Shown here: positions 41,317 to 51,147 of the stretch, piece after piece | Position numbering within the stretch: the first letter of the stretch is position 1 | How the letters are laid out: the number at the start of each line of letters is the position of its first letter | Source: Candidatus Eiseniibacteriota bacterium | GTDB lineage: Bacteria; Eisenbacteria; RBG-16-71-46; CAIMUX01; VGJL01 | Length of the DNA: 64,000 nt | Reading direction: 5' to 3' | Assembly (NCBI GenBank): GCA_963792585.1 | Contig: CAWBWI010000001.1 | Coordinates: forward strand, 1,953,743-2,017,742 | The notes under the pieces: model-generated | Database searches by the model: none | What the model saw: only the letters and a program-made list of their open reading frames with translations | What the model was told of the DNA's origin: nothing | Position numbers and translations under genes: made by a program

Positions 41317-42015
41317 ATGAAAGCAGGAAGCGTGTTCATCACAGCGGCTGCCGCGCTCGCGCTCATCGTCGCGGCCTTCGTTGTCCCGGCATCGGCGGGC
41401 GGCCAGAACGACCCGCCCAACCTCGCGGGGATCTGGACGCTCGATGCCGCGCACAGCGACAGCCCACAGAAGATGATGGGCGGGCCGGGCCGGGGCGGTC
41501 CGCCCGAAGATGGCGAGCGCGGGAGACACGGACGCGACGGGGCAGGCGGCCCCGCCGGCCGAGACGGCGCCGGTCGTCCGGGAAACCGTGACGACGCCGG
41601 CCGACAGGGCGGCCGGGACGGCGCCGGCGGTCCTCCGCCCGACGGGCGCGGCACGGGCGACGCGATGCATGGCCCAATGCGCGGCGTCATGCGCATCCCC
41701 GATCGCTTCGCCATCGTGCAACTCACCGACGGCATCGAGCTACGCGACAGCCTAGGCGTCGCCGTCCAGCGCATCCTCACCCAACCGCAAGCGGGTCTCG
41801 CGCCCGTCGATTCAGCCGGGGTCGCGCAACTCGCGGGCGCGTGGAGGGGCCGTTCGCTCGAGGCGCAGATCGAGGGACCGCACGGCGGGATCCTCCAGAT
41901 GACCTACGAGTTGACCGATAGCGGCAAGACGCTCAAGATCACGACCCGCGTGCAGCCGCCGGGAGACCGGCCGGCATTCGATTTCGCGCGGGTCTACGAA
42001 AGGGTGAGCGGCTGA
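41317..42015 (+). CDS. hypothetical secreted protein with GRDGAG-type repeats
   Basis: Signal peptide; [10 protein letters not shown]; 9-aa repeats at about 41,520-41,640. Confidence 0.75.
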   Translation: MKAGSVFITAAAALALIVAAFVVPASAGGQNDPPNLAGIWTLDAAHSDSPQKMMGGPGRGGPPEDGERGRHGRDGAGGPAGRDGAGRPGNRDDAGRQGGRDGAGGPPPDGRGTGDAMHGPMRGVMRIPDRFAIVQLTDGIELRDSLGVAVQRILTQPQAGLAPVDSAGVAQLAGAWRGRSLEAQIEGPHGGILQMTYELTDSGKTLKITTRVQPPGDRPAFDFARVYERVSG

Positions 42016-42719
42016 TGATCGTCGTCGAGGGATTGCGCCGCGATTTCGTCGTCGGCAGTGAGGTCGTGCGGGCCTTGCGCGGCATCGATTTCCGGATCGA
42101 GACGAACGAGTACCTGGCCATCATGGGACCGTCCGGCTCGGGCAAGTCCACTTTGATGAACGTCCTCGGCTGTCTCGACACGCCGACCGCCGGCACCTAT
42201 CGACTCCGCGGCAATCTTGTCTCCGGAATGTCCGATCGCGAGCTTGCGCGCGTTCGCAACCGGGAGATCGGGTTCGTCTTCCAGACGTTCAACCTTCTCT
42301 CGCGCGCGACCGCGCTGCGCAACGTAGAACTGCCCTTGGTCTACGCCGGGGTGGGGTCGAGCGAACGACGGAGCCGAGCCTCCGTAGCGCTCGAGCGCGT
42401 GCAGCTCGCCGATCGGACGTATCACCGGCCGAACGAGCTTTCCGGAGGACAGCGACAGCGCGTCGCGATCGCCCGCGCGCTCGTCACCTCGCCCGCCCTC
42501 CTGCTCGCCGACGAGCCGACAGGCAACCTCGACAGCAAGACGGGAGAGGAGATCCTCTCCCTCTTCGACCGTCTCCACGACGAGGGGCAGACCATCATCG
42601 TGGTCACACATGACGCGCAGATCGCCGCCCGCACCCACCGCAGGATCCTCCTGCGCGACGGCGCGATCGAATCCGACATCCGCACGCAGGGAGGACTGCA
42701 ATGCTCGCGCTCCTCATAG
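42015..42719 (+). CDS. ABC transporter ATP-binding protein (MacB/LolD-like)
   Basis: [39 protein letters not shown]. Confidence 0.95.
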   Translation: MIVVEGLRRDFVVGSEVVRALRGIDFRIETNEYLAIMGPSGSGKSTLMNVLGCLDTPTAGTYRLRGNLVSGMSDRELARVRNREIGFVFQTFNLLSRATALRNVELPLVYAGVGSSERRSRASVALERVQLADRTYHRPNELSGGQRQRVAIARALVTSPALLLADEPTGNLDSKTGEEILSLFDRLHDEGQTIIVVTHDAQIAARTHRRILLRDGAIESDIRTQGGLQCSRSS

Positions 42720-43198
42720 TCGCGGCCACGCTCTCACTCGCCTCGCCCGACTCGACCGCGAGGCCGATATCGATCGAGGAGGCGATCGCTCTGGCGCAAC
42801 AGAACGCCCCGGCGATCGTCCAGGCCGCCGGCGAGCGGAGGACGACCGCCGCGGCCGTGCGCTCCGCCTACGCCTCGTTCATCCCAAGCGTGAGCCTCTC
42901 GGCCGGCGCCACACGCGCGGTCCCATCCCGAGACGATGAAGGCGACCCCTGGTCCAAGAGCACGGGAATCGGCGCGAACGTGACCCTCTTCGAGGGCGGG
43001 CGGCGGATTCTCGATCTGAAGCAGGCGCAGGCCCGCGCGACCGCCGCCGAGGTGAATGCGATCTCGGAGCGCTACGCCGTCACCCTTTCGGTCAAGCAGG
43101 AGTTCTACAACGTCCTCGCCGCGCGCGAGTCGGAGCGGGCCGCCCGGGCGCAGCTCGAGCAGGCGGAGCAGCAGTTGCGCACCGCGCTGGCGCGGGTG
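42701..43198 (+). CDS. TolC-family outer-membrane efflux protein, truncated at junction
   Basis: [28 protein letters not shown]; only about 165 aa before the sequence switches. Confidence 0.8.
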
Positions 43199-43539
43199 GA
43201 TATCCGAACATGGGGAGCGGGAGCCTGACTGCCGAAACCACGTTGACGGGATTCACCCCTCCCGGTGGAACCTACCCCGACTCGAACGTCCTGGCGACGC
43301 TGATCCGGCACGGCAACTACGATTACTACAACAAAAGCGTGGTCTGGGACAACAGCATCAGCTCGCACACGGTCCCGGACAGCCTCATCCATGCTTCGAA
43401 GCCCGCTTTCTTCGGCACGCTCCAGTGGCCTCCGATCGGCCCCGACGTGGCCGGCCTGGTCACACCCATCCCGGCCCAGGCCAGGTGGAACGCCTTCCAG
43501 AGTTCAGGGGTCCTGAGCGACCTGTTCAGGAATTATTGA
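43198..43539 (+). CDS. C-terminal fragment of a secreted, probably carbohydrate-active protein
   Basis: GYPNMG...TLIRHGNYDY...PDSL..SKPAFFG.LQWPPIGPD..IPAQAR; N-terminus absent. Confidence 0.55.
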   Translation, partial: GYPNMGSGSLTAETTLTGFTPPGGTYPDSNVLATLIRHGNYDYYNKSVVWDNSISSHTVPDSLIHASKPAFFGTLQWPPIGPDVAGLVTPIPAQARWNAFQSSGVLSDLFRNY

Positions 43540-45080
43540 GCCGGCTCTCTAAGCTTGATCTTGAGGATCTTGCCCGATTCGTTCTTGGGCAGGCTAATCC
43601 GGATCTCGTAGAGTTTGGGGATCTTGTAGACGGCCAAGTGCTTCTGCAGGAAAGCGGGCAGTTCCTCCGCCAGGCTTTCTGAGGCCCCCTTCTTGACGAC
43701 GATGAAGGCCTTGGGAGCCTCCCCCAACACGTCGTCCGGGACGCCGATGACCGCCGCCTCGATGATGGCCGGGTGCTCGTGTAACGCCTCTTCGATCTCC
43801 TTGGCGCTCACGCGGTTGCCGCCGATCTTGATCATGTCCTTGGTCCGCCCGACGACGTAGAGGAATCCCTCTTCGTCCATCAGTCCGATGTCCCCGGAGA
43901 AATAGAGCCCGTTCTTGAGGACCTTCTCGGTCTCCTCGGGGTGGTTCCAATAGCCGGACATCAGGTTCGACCCCCTGGCCACGATCTCCCCCTCTGCGCC
44001 CGCGGGCAGGGGACGGCCGTGCTCGTCGGCCACGAAGAGCTCGACGTTGGCGATGGCCTTTCCGATCGACCCCCACTTGCGAGGCAGGTCGTCCGGGTCG
44101 AGGTAGGACAGTCGTGCCGACGCTTCGGTCGCTCCGTACATGACGAACAGCCGCGCGGGCGCGAAGGCCTCGGCGACCTCCTTCTGGACGGAGGGGGCCA
44201 TGGCGCCGCCCGCCTGGGTCATGTAACGGAGCTTGGGGAATTTCATGTTCTTGAGATTGGACCGGCTGAGGAGGATGGTATAGGTCGACGGTACGCCGGC
44301 GAATCCCGTCACCGCCTGTTCCCGCATCGTCTGGAGGACGACGTTCGGATAGAGGAACCTATTGTCCACGACGACGGAGCCGCCGACGAAAAAATGCGTA
44401 TTCAGGAGAGACTTGCCATAGATGTAATAGAACGGCAGGACGGCCAGGACCCGGTCCTCCGATGTCAGTTCGAGATAGTCGACGATCGAACGGGTGTTCG
44501 AGACGATGTTCAGGTGGGACAGCACGGCGCCGCGGGGCTTGCCGGTGCTCCCGGAAGTGTAGACGATGGAGGCGATGTCGAGATCGATCAGCCGTATACC
44601 GGGATCGTCGCAGGGGATGTCATCGAGCGCCTCAGGAAGTCCGGTCGTCGGGCGATCCCCCCAGCCGGCGGGCGAATCCTTCGGTTCGTTCCAGATGAAG
44701 ACGGCCTCGAGGGATGTGTCGAACGCGGAGAAGGTCCTGGCCGCGAGGCGGTACCCCGCGACGAGGAACCGGACGCCGCTGTCGCGAACGATATAGGCGA
44801 TATCTTCGGCGGTGTTCTCCGTGTTCAGGGCGACGGTCGTTCCTCCCGCCTTAAGGACGGCGTAATAGGTCACGACGTATTCGATGGAGTTCTCGATGAA
44901 GAGGGCAATCCGGTCGCCCTTTTTCAAGCCCCGGAGCTCGAATAGACGGGCCATCTGGTTCGCGCGGGCGTTCAACTCCGAGTAAGTATGCCATTTCCCG
45001 GAGACGAAGAGGGCCGGCTTGTCCGGAAAACGGACCGCGGAATCCTCGAGGAAGCCGTGGACGAGCTTAGTATATCCCAT
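43533..45080 (-). CDS. acyl-CoA ligase / class I adenylate-forming enzyme
   Basis: YTSGSTGKPRG, MYGATEA, SGD, GRTKDMIKIGG, GKILK. Confidence 0.92.
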   Translation of the reverse strand: MGYTKLVHGFLEDSAVRFPDKPALFVSGKWHTYSELNARANQMARLFELRGLKKGDRIALFIENSIEYVVTYYAVLKAGGTTVALNTENTAEDIAYIVRDSGVRFLVAGYRLAARTFSAFDTSLEAVFIWNEPKDSPAGWGDRPTTGLPEALDDIPCDDPGIRLIDLDIASIVYTSGSTGKPRGAVLSHLNIVSNTRSIVDYLELTSEDRVLAVLPFYYIYGKSLLNTHFFVGGSVVVDNRFLYPNVVLQTMREQAVTGFAGVPSTYTILLSRSNLKNMKFPKLRYMTQAGGAMAPSVQKEVAEAFAPARLFVMYGATEASARLSYLDPDDLPRKWGSIGKAIANVELFVADEHGRPLPAGAEGEIVARGSNLMSGYWNHPEETEKVLKNGLYFSGDIGLMDEEGFLYVVGRTKDMIKIGGNRVSAKEIEEALHEHPAIIEAAVIGVPDDVLGEAPKAFIVVKKGASESLAEELPAFLQKHLAVYKIPKLYEIRISLPKNESGKILKIKLREPAQ

Positions 45081-45106
45081 GGATATCGTCAGGGACGCCC
45101 GCGGCG

Positions 45107-46072
45107 CTACCCCAGGTGCCGCGGCTCCGCCCTCAGGTATTCCGTGGCCTTGATCTTCCGTTTGATGTCGTTCTGGATGTTGCCGATCCGGTCCTCGGCA
45201 AGGCCGAGCTCCTTGGCGACCTCGCCCACGGGAACTCCCTTCTCCATGGCGTACCAGACGAGGTCTCCGATCTCGAACGGGACGCGGAAGAAGAACTCCT
45301 CCTGGGTGCACTCCGCGCTGTAGGTGTCGGTCGTCGGCGTGCGCTCCCGGATCTCGACGGGCACGTCCAGATGGGCGGCCAGCTGGAAGACCTGGGTTTT
45401 GAAGAGGTGGGCGATGGGCTTGATGTCGGCCCCGCCGTCGCCGTACTTGACGAAGAAGCCCTGCTCGTGCTCGTTCTTGTTGCCCGTCCCGACGACGGCG
45501 TAATTGAGGCGGTCGGCGTGATAATAGAGCATGGACATCCGGCTGCGCTGTTTGAAGTTGGAGGCGGCGACGATCTGGAGGTATTCCTTGAGCGGGATCC
45601 TGGCCGTTTTCTCCTCCCCTTCGGGCGAGATGATCTTCAGCTGAAAAACGTTCAACTGGTCTTTTTCGCCCAGCGCGGAAGGCAGGATGATCTTGGCCCG
45701 GTAGGTCGAGTCGTATTCCGGGAAGACGGTCTTCATGGCCTCGTCCCGCCGGCGGTACGTGCCGAACCCGGCCAGCGCCGCGGTCATATCCTCGACAATG
45801 TAGGGGACGCCGTACTGGCGGGCGAGCTTCCTGGCCAGGGCGGCGCTGATGGGATTTGAATCGGACTCCGGCATGGTGATGCCGAGGACCCGTTCAGGCC
45901 CGAAGGCTTTTGCGCTCAGGGCCAGGCAGACGCTCGAGTCGATCCCGCCGCTTATGCCGATGACGGCTCCTTGCTTGTGCAATTCGCGGCCTACGCTCTG
46001 CCGCATCCCGTCGATGATGCGATCGACCTCGGCGCCGGCGTCGACTCGAATATCGTTCTTCGTGAATGGCAT
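45107..46072 (-). CDS. nadE: NH3-dependent NAD+ synthetase-family protein (paralogue 1)
   Basis: GISGGIDSS, NFKQRSRM, GTGNKNE, GFFVKYGDG, PTTD. Confidence 0.85.
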   Translation of the reverse strand: MPFTKNDIRVDAGAEVDRIIDGMRQSVGRELHKQGAVIGISGGIDSSVCLALSAKAFGPERVLGITMPESDSNPISAALARKLARQYGVPYIVEDMTAALAGFGTYRRRDEAMKTVFPEYDSTYRAKIILPSALGEKDQLNVFQLKIISPEGEEKTARIPLKEYLQIVAASNFKQRSRMSMLYYHADRLNYAVVGTGNKNEHEQGFFVKYGDGGADIKPIAHLFKTQVFQLAAHLDVPVEIRERTPTTDTYSAECTQEEFFFRVPFEIGDLVWYAMEKGVPVGEVAKELGLAEDRIGNIQNDIKRKIKATEYLRAEPRHLG

Positions 46073-46097
46073 GCGATCCTCCCTTGAAGCGGCTGTT

Positions 46098-46127
46098 ACG
46101 ATATCCCAGGGATAGGAAAACTGTCAA
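46098..46127 (-). promoter_or_regulatory. putative sigma70 promoter of nadE paralogue 1
   Basis: Minus strand TTGACA-N18-TATCGT. Confidence 0.45.
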
Positions 46128-46199
46128 GGCTGGCGAGCGGCCGACGAACGGGACATGCGGGCCGGAGTGTCCGAGTTCCCCTGATCGATTCTGAGGTCC

Positions 46200-47018
46200 C
46201 TAGGACCCCGCCAAGCGGCGTAAGAGCTCGATGGCCACGATCTGTCGTCCCGTCGCATTCAGATGGCCGCCGTCGTCCGTGTAGTCGCGGCGGAGCAGTT
46301 CGTAGTCATTTCCGTCCTTTTGGAAGGTGGCCTTCTTTGTGTCGTCGATGCGAGATTCAACGGCGGCCAGGTCGAAGAGCGAACCTGCGAACCGGGCCCT
46401 TAGCTTTTCGTTGAGGAGGTTCCGCTTGACATTGTCCTCTTCGTGCCAGGGCAGCCGGCCGAGGATCTTCTTCAGGCGGTCCTTGATCCCGACGGGCTTC
46501 GACAGGAGAGGCACCGTGACTGTGAGGATCTTCAGGTCGGGATAACGTTCCCCCAGTTCTTCCACCAGTTTGGCGTAGTTCTGGAAAAGCGCGTCGATAT
46601 CGGTCGCATGGTCGACGTCAACAAAACAGAATTTAAAGAAAACGATGTCCGCGGCCCGGCCGACGCCGCTGTCCATGATCTCCCTGAATCGGGCGATCTT
46701 CGAGCCGGGATCCTTGTTCGTTCCGATGGGGGAGTGGGCGAACACCGGTCCGGAGAGATCTTCGGGAGCCGAGGTTTCGCGGATATTCAGCTTGATCGCC
46801 GGCCGTTTGGCCATGACGGCCTGGAGACCTTCGACGATATTAGCGCCGACGGACTTGTGCCCGAAAAAAATCCTTTTTTGGGCGAGCGCATCCCATCGGT
46901 CCTGGGATATCGCGTCTAACCGGGAATAGTCGGCCTTTAAGTTCTCCATGCCCGCCTCCCGGCAGGAGTTGAATAGGAGGATGCAAAATACCGCGATGAG
47001 AGTAAGGCGAACACTCAT
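46200..47018 (-). CDS. SGNH/GDSL-hydrolase-like lipoprotein
   Basis: Lipobox-like FNSC; FFGHKSVG, FKFCFVD, YTDDGGHLN (DxxH). Confidence 0.7.
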   Translation of the reverse strand: MSVRLTLIAVFCILLFNSCREAGMENLKADYSRLDAISQDRWDALAQKRIFFGHKSVGANIVEGLQAVMAKRPAIKLNIRETSAPEDLSGPVFAHSPIGTNKDPGSKIARFREIMDSGVGRAADIVFFKFCFVDVDHATDIDALFQNYAKLVEELGERYPDLKILTVTVPLLSKPVGIKDRLKKILGRLPWHEEDNVKRNLLNEKLRARFAGSLFDLAAVESRIDDTKKATFQKDGNDYELLRRDYTDDGGHLNATGRQIVAIELLRRLAGS

Positions 47019-47032
47019 TTCCCTTCTCTTGA

Positions 47033-47995
47033 TCACGGCAGTGACGGCGGGAAATGCCTCAAGTGCTCGGTGGTCTGGTACTTGCTCGTGAAGTCCCGGA
47101 ACGCCCTTTTGATCTGGTCCTCTCCCAGCTCCATGACCCTGGAGATCTCGGCTATGTCGACCTTGTTCTCCCAGGCGTAAAGAAGGAGGTCCAGCACCTT
47201 GAAGGGCATCCGGAAGAACCACTCTTCGTCCGTGACCGGAGCACTGTAGGTGTCCGGGCACGGCGCGCGGCCGATGATCTCCGGGATGACGCCCAAATGC
47301 CCGGCCAGCTGGAAGACCTGGTCCTTGAAGAGATGGGCGATCGGCTCGATGTCCACTCCTCCGTCGCCGTATTTGACGAAAAGCCCCTGGATCGCCTCGC
47401 TCTTGTTGGTAGTGCCGCAGACGAGGTAGCCGCTTTTTTCAGAGTAATAATACTGGGCCATCATCCTGGTCCGGTGCTTGGTGCAGGTGGCCGCGATGAT
47501 CCCCTGGGCCTGGTCGTTGTTGAGACGGGTCGTTTTGGCGTGGCCCTGGGGGTCGATCGTCGTCAATGTGAAAAAGTTATAACCGTCCCTGTTCAGGATG
47601 TCCGCGGGCAGGGTGATCTTCAACTTGTGGCCTTCGCCGAACCCGGGATCGATCGCTTTGGCCACGGCGTCACGCTTCTCATAGGTCCCGAAGGCCTCCA
47701 GGACTGGAGTGATATCGACGGTGATGGCTTCAATGCCGAGCGCTTCGGCTTGTTTTGTGGCGAATTCGGCGCTCTGCGGGCTGGATTCCTTGTCCGGGAG
47801 CAGCAGGGCCAGCACCTTGTCCTTGCCGACGGCCTCGACGGAAAGGGCCGCGGATACCGCGGAATCCACGCCGCCGCTCAAGCCGATGACGATCCCTTTC
47901 CGGTGCATGATCCGGATCTGCTCGCGGATGAAGGCGACGATCCTCCCGGTCTCGGCCGCGCAGTCGATCTTGAGGACATCTTTGGAAAAGGCCAC
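47033..47995 (-). CDS. nadE: NH3-dependent NAD+ synthetase-family protein (paralogue 2)
   Basis: GTG start after AGGAGG; GLSGGVDSA, TKHRTRM, GTTNKSE, FVKYGDG. Confidence 0.82.
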   Translation of the reverse strand: MAFSKDVLKIDCAAETGRIVAFIREQIRIMHRKGIVIGLSGGVDSAVSAALSVEAVGKDKVLALLLPDKESSPQSAEFATKQAEALGIEAITVDITPVLEAFGTYEKRDAVAKAIDPGFGEGHKLKITLPADILNRDGYNFFTLTTIDPQGHAKTTRLNNDQAQGIIAATCTKHRTRMMAQYYYSEKSGYLVCGTTNKSEAIQGLFVKYGDGGVDIEPIAHLFKDQVFQLAGHLGVIPEIIGRAPCPDTYSAPVTDEEWFFRMPFKVLDLLLYAWENKVDIAEISRVMELGEDQIKRAFRDFTSKYQTTEHLRHFPPSLP

Positions 47996-48180
47996 TGTCC
48001 GCCTCCTGGTGATCCCGTTTTCGGTCTCTGGATGCCAAATTGATAACATTGCCCCTGAGACAAGTCAATAGCGAGAACGGCCCCTCGCCGAAGCGGCGTC
48101 TTGAGAGCGACATTTATGGCCGCACGGACGACCAGGTCATTGAACAACCCCGCCTGATTTTTGATATGATAGGCGTATCG

Positions 48181-48873
48181 ATGGAAACGATCGCGTACAT
48201 ACCCCTGACTTATGACACCGAGGATATCGCCTCGCGCCTGAGATTCGACCCCACCCGGGCCGGTCATGTCAGCTTGGAAGGACTCATCGGTCTCGCCAAA
48301 GAGATGATCGGACTCAGGGCCATATTCGATGTCGCCTACATCGGAGCGAAAGGGGAGAGCGCGGTCGAGGTCGCCGGAGTGACTTTCGAAAGCCCGATCC
48401 TACGCCGGAACCTCGAGAAGGCCAACAAGGCTTTTCCCTACATCATCACGGCCGGACCCGATCTCGAACGCGAAGCCGGCGCCCGAGGCGACCTCCTCGA
48501 GCAGTACTACCTCGAAGAATTGGCTAATCTGGCCCTGGAACAGGCGGCCGGGTGGCTGGAGGGGCGGATCGGGGAGAGGTTCGGCCTCGGGCCGCTCTCC
48601 AACATGAGCCCCGGCTCGCTCGAGGATTGGCCCATCACCGAGCAGACCAAGCTCTTCTCGATCTTCGGAGATACGGAACGCCTCGTCGGCGTGCGGCTCA
48701 CCGACAGCCTGCTCATGGTCCCGAGAAAGTCGATCTCTGGGATCTTATTCCCGTCGGAGGAGGGATTCGTCGCATGTCAGCTTTGCGACCGTGAGCGCTG
48801 CCCCGGCCGCAAAGCCCCTATGGGGTCGGACCAGATCAACACTAAGAAAACAAACGAATTAAGTCCGAAATGA
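48181..48873 (+). CDS. B12-dependent methionine synthase activation-domain protein
   Basis: YIITAG, MSPGSLEDWPITEQ, LTDSLLMVPRKSISG, CQLCDRERCPGR. Confidence 0.85.
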   Translation: METIAYIPLTYDTEDIASRLRFDPTRAGHVSLEGLIGLAKEMIGLRAIFDVAYIGAKGESAVEVAGVTFESPILRRNLEKANKAFPYIITAGPDLEREAGARGDLLEQYYLEELANLALEQAAGWLEGRIGERFGLGPLSNMSPGSLEDWPITEQTKLFSIFGDTERLVGVRLTDSLLMVPRKSISGILFPSEEGFVACQLCDRERCPGRKAPMGSDQINTKKTNELSPK

Positions 48874-48915
48874 GTGAAATAAAGAGCCGATTTTCGATGT
48901 TTTTAGGCTCAAAAA
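48822..48915 (+). repeat. 94-bp AT-rich dispersed repeat, copy 1
   Basis: Ungapped manual alignment to reverse complement of 61056-61149 gives 82/94 identities. Confidence 0.9.
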
Positions 48916-48944
48916 CAGAAAATGGAGTTGACAGGGAGGTCGCA

Positions 48945-49851
48945 ATGAAAAGAACACGCCTCGCGTTAGGTTTGATCTTGATGCTTTCGATCTGCTTTGC
49001 CTTGGCCGCAGACCAGCAAAAAGCCGGCCTGAAGATCTATATCTCCGTCGATATGGAGGGCATCTCGGGGATCGTCCACAGCGATCAAGTCTCGTCCGGC
49101 ACGGCGGAGTATGCCGACGGCCGGAAATGGATGGCCCAGGACGTCAACGCCGCGGTCGAAGGCGCCCTCGCGGCCGGGGCCACGGAAGTCGTCGTCAACG
49201 ATTCCCATGGCTCCATGCGCAACATCGATCCCGACGACCTCCATCCTCGAGCCATCCTCATCAGCGGCTCGCCGAAGCCGCTGTCGATGATGCAGGGCAT
49301 CGACTCGTCCTTCGCGGCCTGCCTTTTCATCGGATACCACGCCAAGGCGGGGACAGAGAACGCCATCCTCGACCACACCATCTCGAGCTCCGTCGTCCGT
49401 TCCGTCAAGGTCAACGGCATCGAGATGCCCGAGCTCGGACTCAACGCCGCGATCGCGGGGTACTACGGAGTGCCCGGTCGTCCTCGTCAGCGGCGATACG
49501 GCCGTGTGCAGGCAGGCCGGCGAGATCCTGGGGAAGGACGTCGTGACGGTGGCCGTCAAGGAAGCACAAGGCCGGCTGGCGGCCAAGCTCGTGCCCATGG
49601 CCGAGGCCCGGCTGATGTTGACGGCCGGGGTCAAAGAGGCGCTCGGCAAGCTGCCTCGCATGAAGCCCTACAAGCTCGCCTCTCCGTACGATTTCGAGCT
49701 CGGCTATCACGTTTCCGCCCAGGCCGACATGGGCGCGATGATCCCGGGAACGAAGAGGATCGATGCCAGGACGCTGGGTTTTACCGCTGCCGACTACATC
49801 GAAGGGTTCCGGGCGCTCCGGGCGATGATCAATATCGCCCCCGCGCGCTAG
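48945..49851 (+). CDS. M55 D-aminopeptidase (DppA-like) with signal peptide (frameshift about 49,473)
   Basis: [25 protein letters not shown]-terminal half in 49504..49851 frame. Confidence 0.9.
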
Positions 49852-49881
49852 GCAGCATTTCCCGGGGGTTGTGCGGCCCCA

Positions 49882-51121
49882 CTAATCGATCGTCTCGGTG
49901 ATGCGGCCGGTGGCCTTGTCCTTGAGGATCCGCTTGAGCCTGCCGTCCGGAAGGCGCTCGGTCTTTACAATTACAAATCCGCCTTTCTCGGGTCGCCCGC
50001 CTGCCGGCCCTTTTCCGGGGCTTGGCCAGCCCGTCCCCCTGATCTGTCCCTGTTTTGGCCTCCTGGGCCCTCCCATGGGCCCTAAACGCGGCCTTCACCG
50101 GCTCCCAGCGCCCCGATTTCATCGATCTGTAGCAGGCGTCGATGATGGCATTGACCACATAGCCGTCGTAGAAGGTCTCCATGGGCGCCCGCCCGGACTC
50201 GTGGGCGTCCAGCATGTCCTGGAACATGTGGACGTAGCCGAGCTCGTGGGCCTCGTCGCCGACCGGGAAGAGCCAGCCCGTCTGCCCCTCGGCCTTCTCG
50301 GCGACGTATTCGCCTTCGCCCGCGGCCGTGAACATCTCGAAGCCGGTGCGCAGGAAGTGATCGAGGCGGATCGTTCCTTCCGTCCCGCTGACCTCATCGC
50401 GCAGGTCCATCCCGCCCCGGAACGTCCAGCTCACTTCGAACTGGCTGACTGCGCCCCCCTCGTACTCGACGAGCCCGATGGCGTGGTCTTCGGCCTCGAT
50501 CGGATGGACCTGGGTCGCGCCCCAGCAGAAGACCCGGAGCGGCCGCTTATCCTTGCCGATGAAATTGCGTCCTATCTCGATGCAGTGACAGCCCATGTCG
50601 ATGATCGCGCCGCCGCCCGACTGCTTCGGATTCCAGAACCAGGCGCTGTGCGGCCCGGGGTGAGTTTCACGTGAGCGCGTCCAGAGAATGCGACCCATCG
50701 CGCCCCTTCTCGTCGAGGCGAGGGCTTTGAGCGTCTTCGGCGTATAGACGAGGTCCTCGAGGTAACCGGCGAAAACCCCGGCCTTCTCCACGGCCCGGAG
50801 CATCTTCAGGGCCTCCGCGGCGGTCCGGCCGAGGGGTTTGGTGCAGAGGATGGCTTTCCCGGCCTTGGCGGCGAGTTCGACGGCCTCACGATGGACGTTG
50901 TTCGGCAGCCCCACGACGACTATCTCCGATTCCGGATCGCGCACGGCTTCCCGCAGATCCGACGACCAGCGCGGGATCTTGTGCTCCGACGCGAACACCC
51001 GCGCCCTCTCCGCCGACCGCGAGTAGACATTGACCACCCTGTCGCGGCTCCTGAGCCCATGAAGCGTTTGCGTGTAGAACGTTCCGATGAGTCCCGTCCC
51101 GAGCATCGTGATCTTGGCCAT
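49882..51121 (-). CDS. Gfo/Idh/MocA oxidoreductase (frameshift near C-terminus)
   Basis: [24 protein letters not shown]; tail in frame ending 49882. Confidence 0.9.
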
Positions 51122-51147
51122 TTCATTTCCTCAAGATGGGGTCAAAC

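Noticed and set aside
50025..50060. GTCCCC/CTGTCCC motifs as another repeat-element scar
   Set aside because: Too short and no second copy found in the window.
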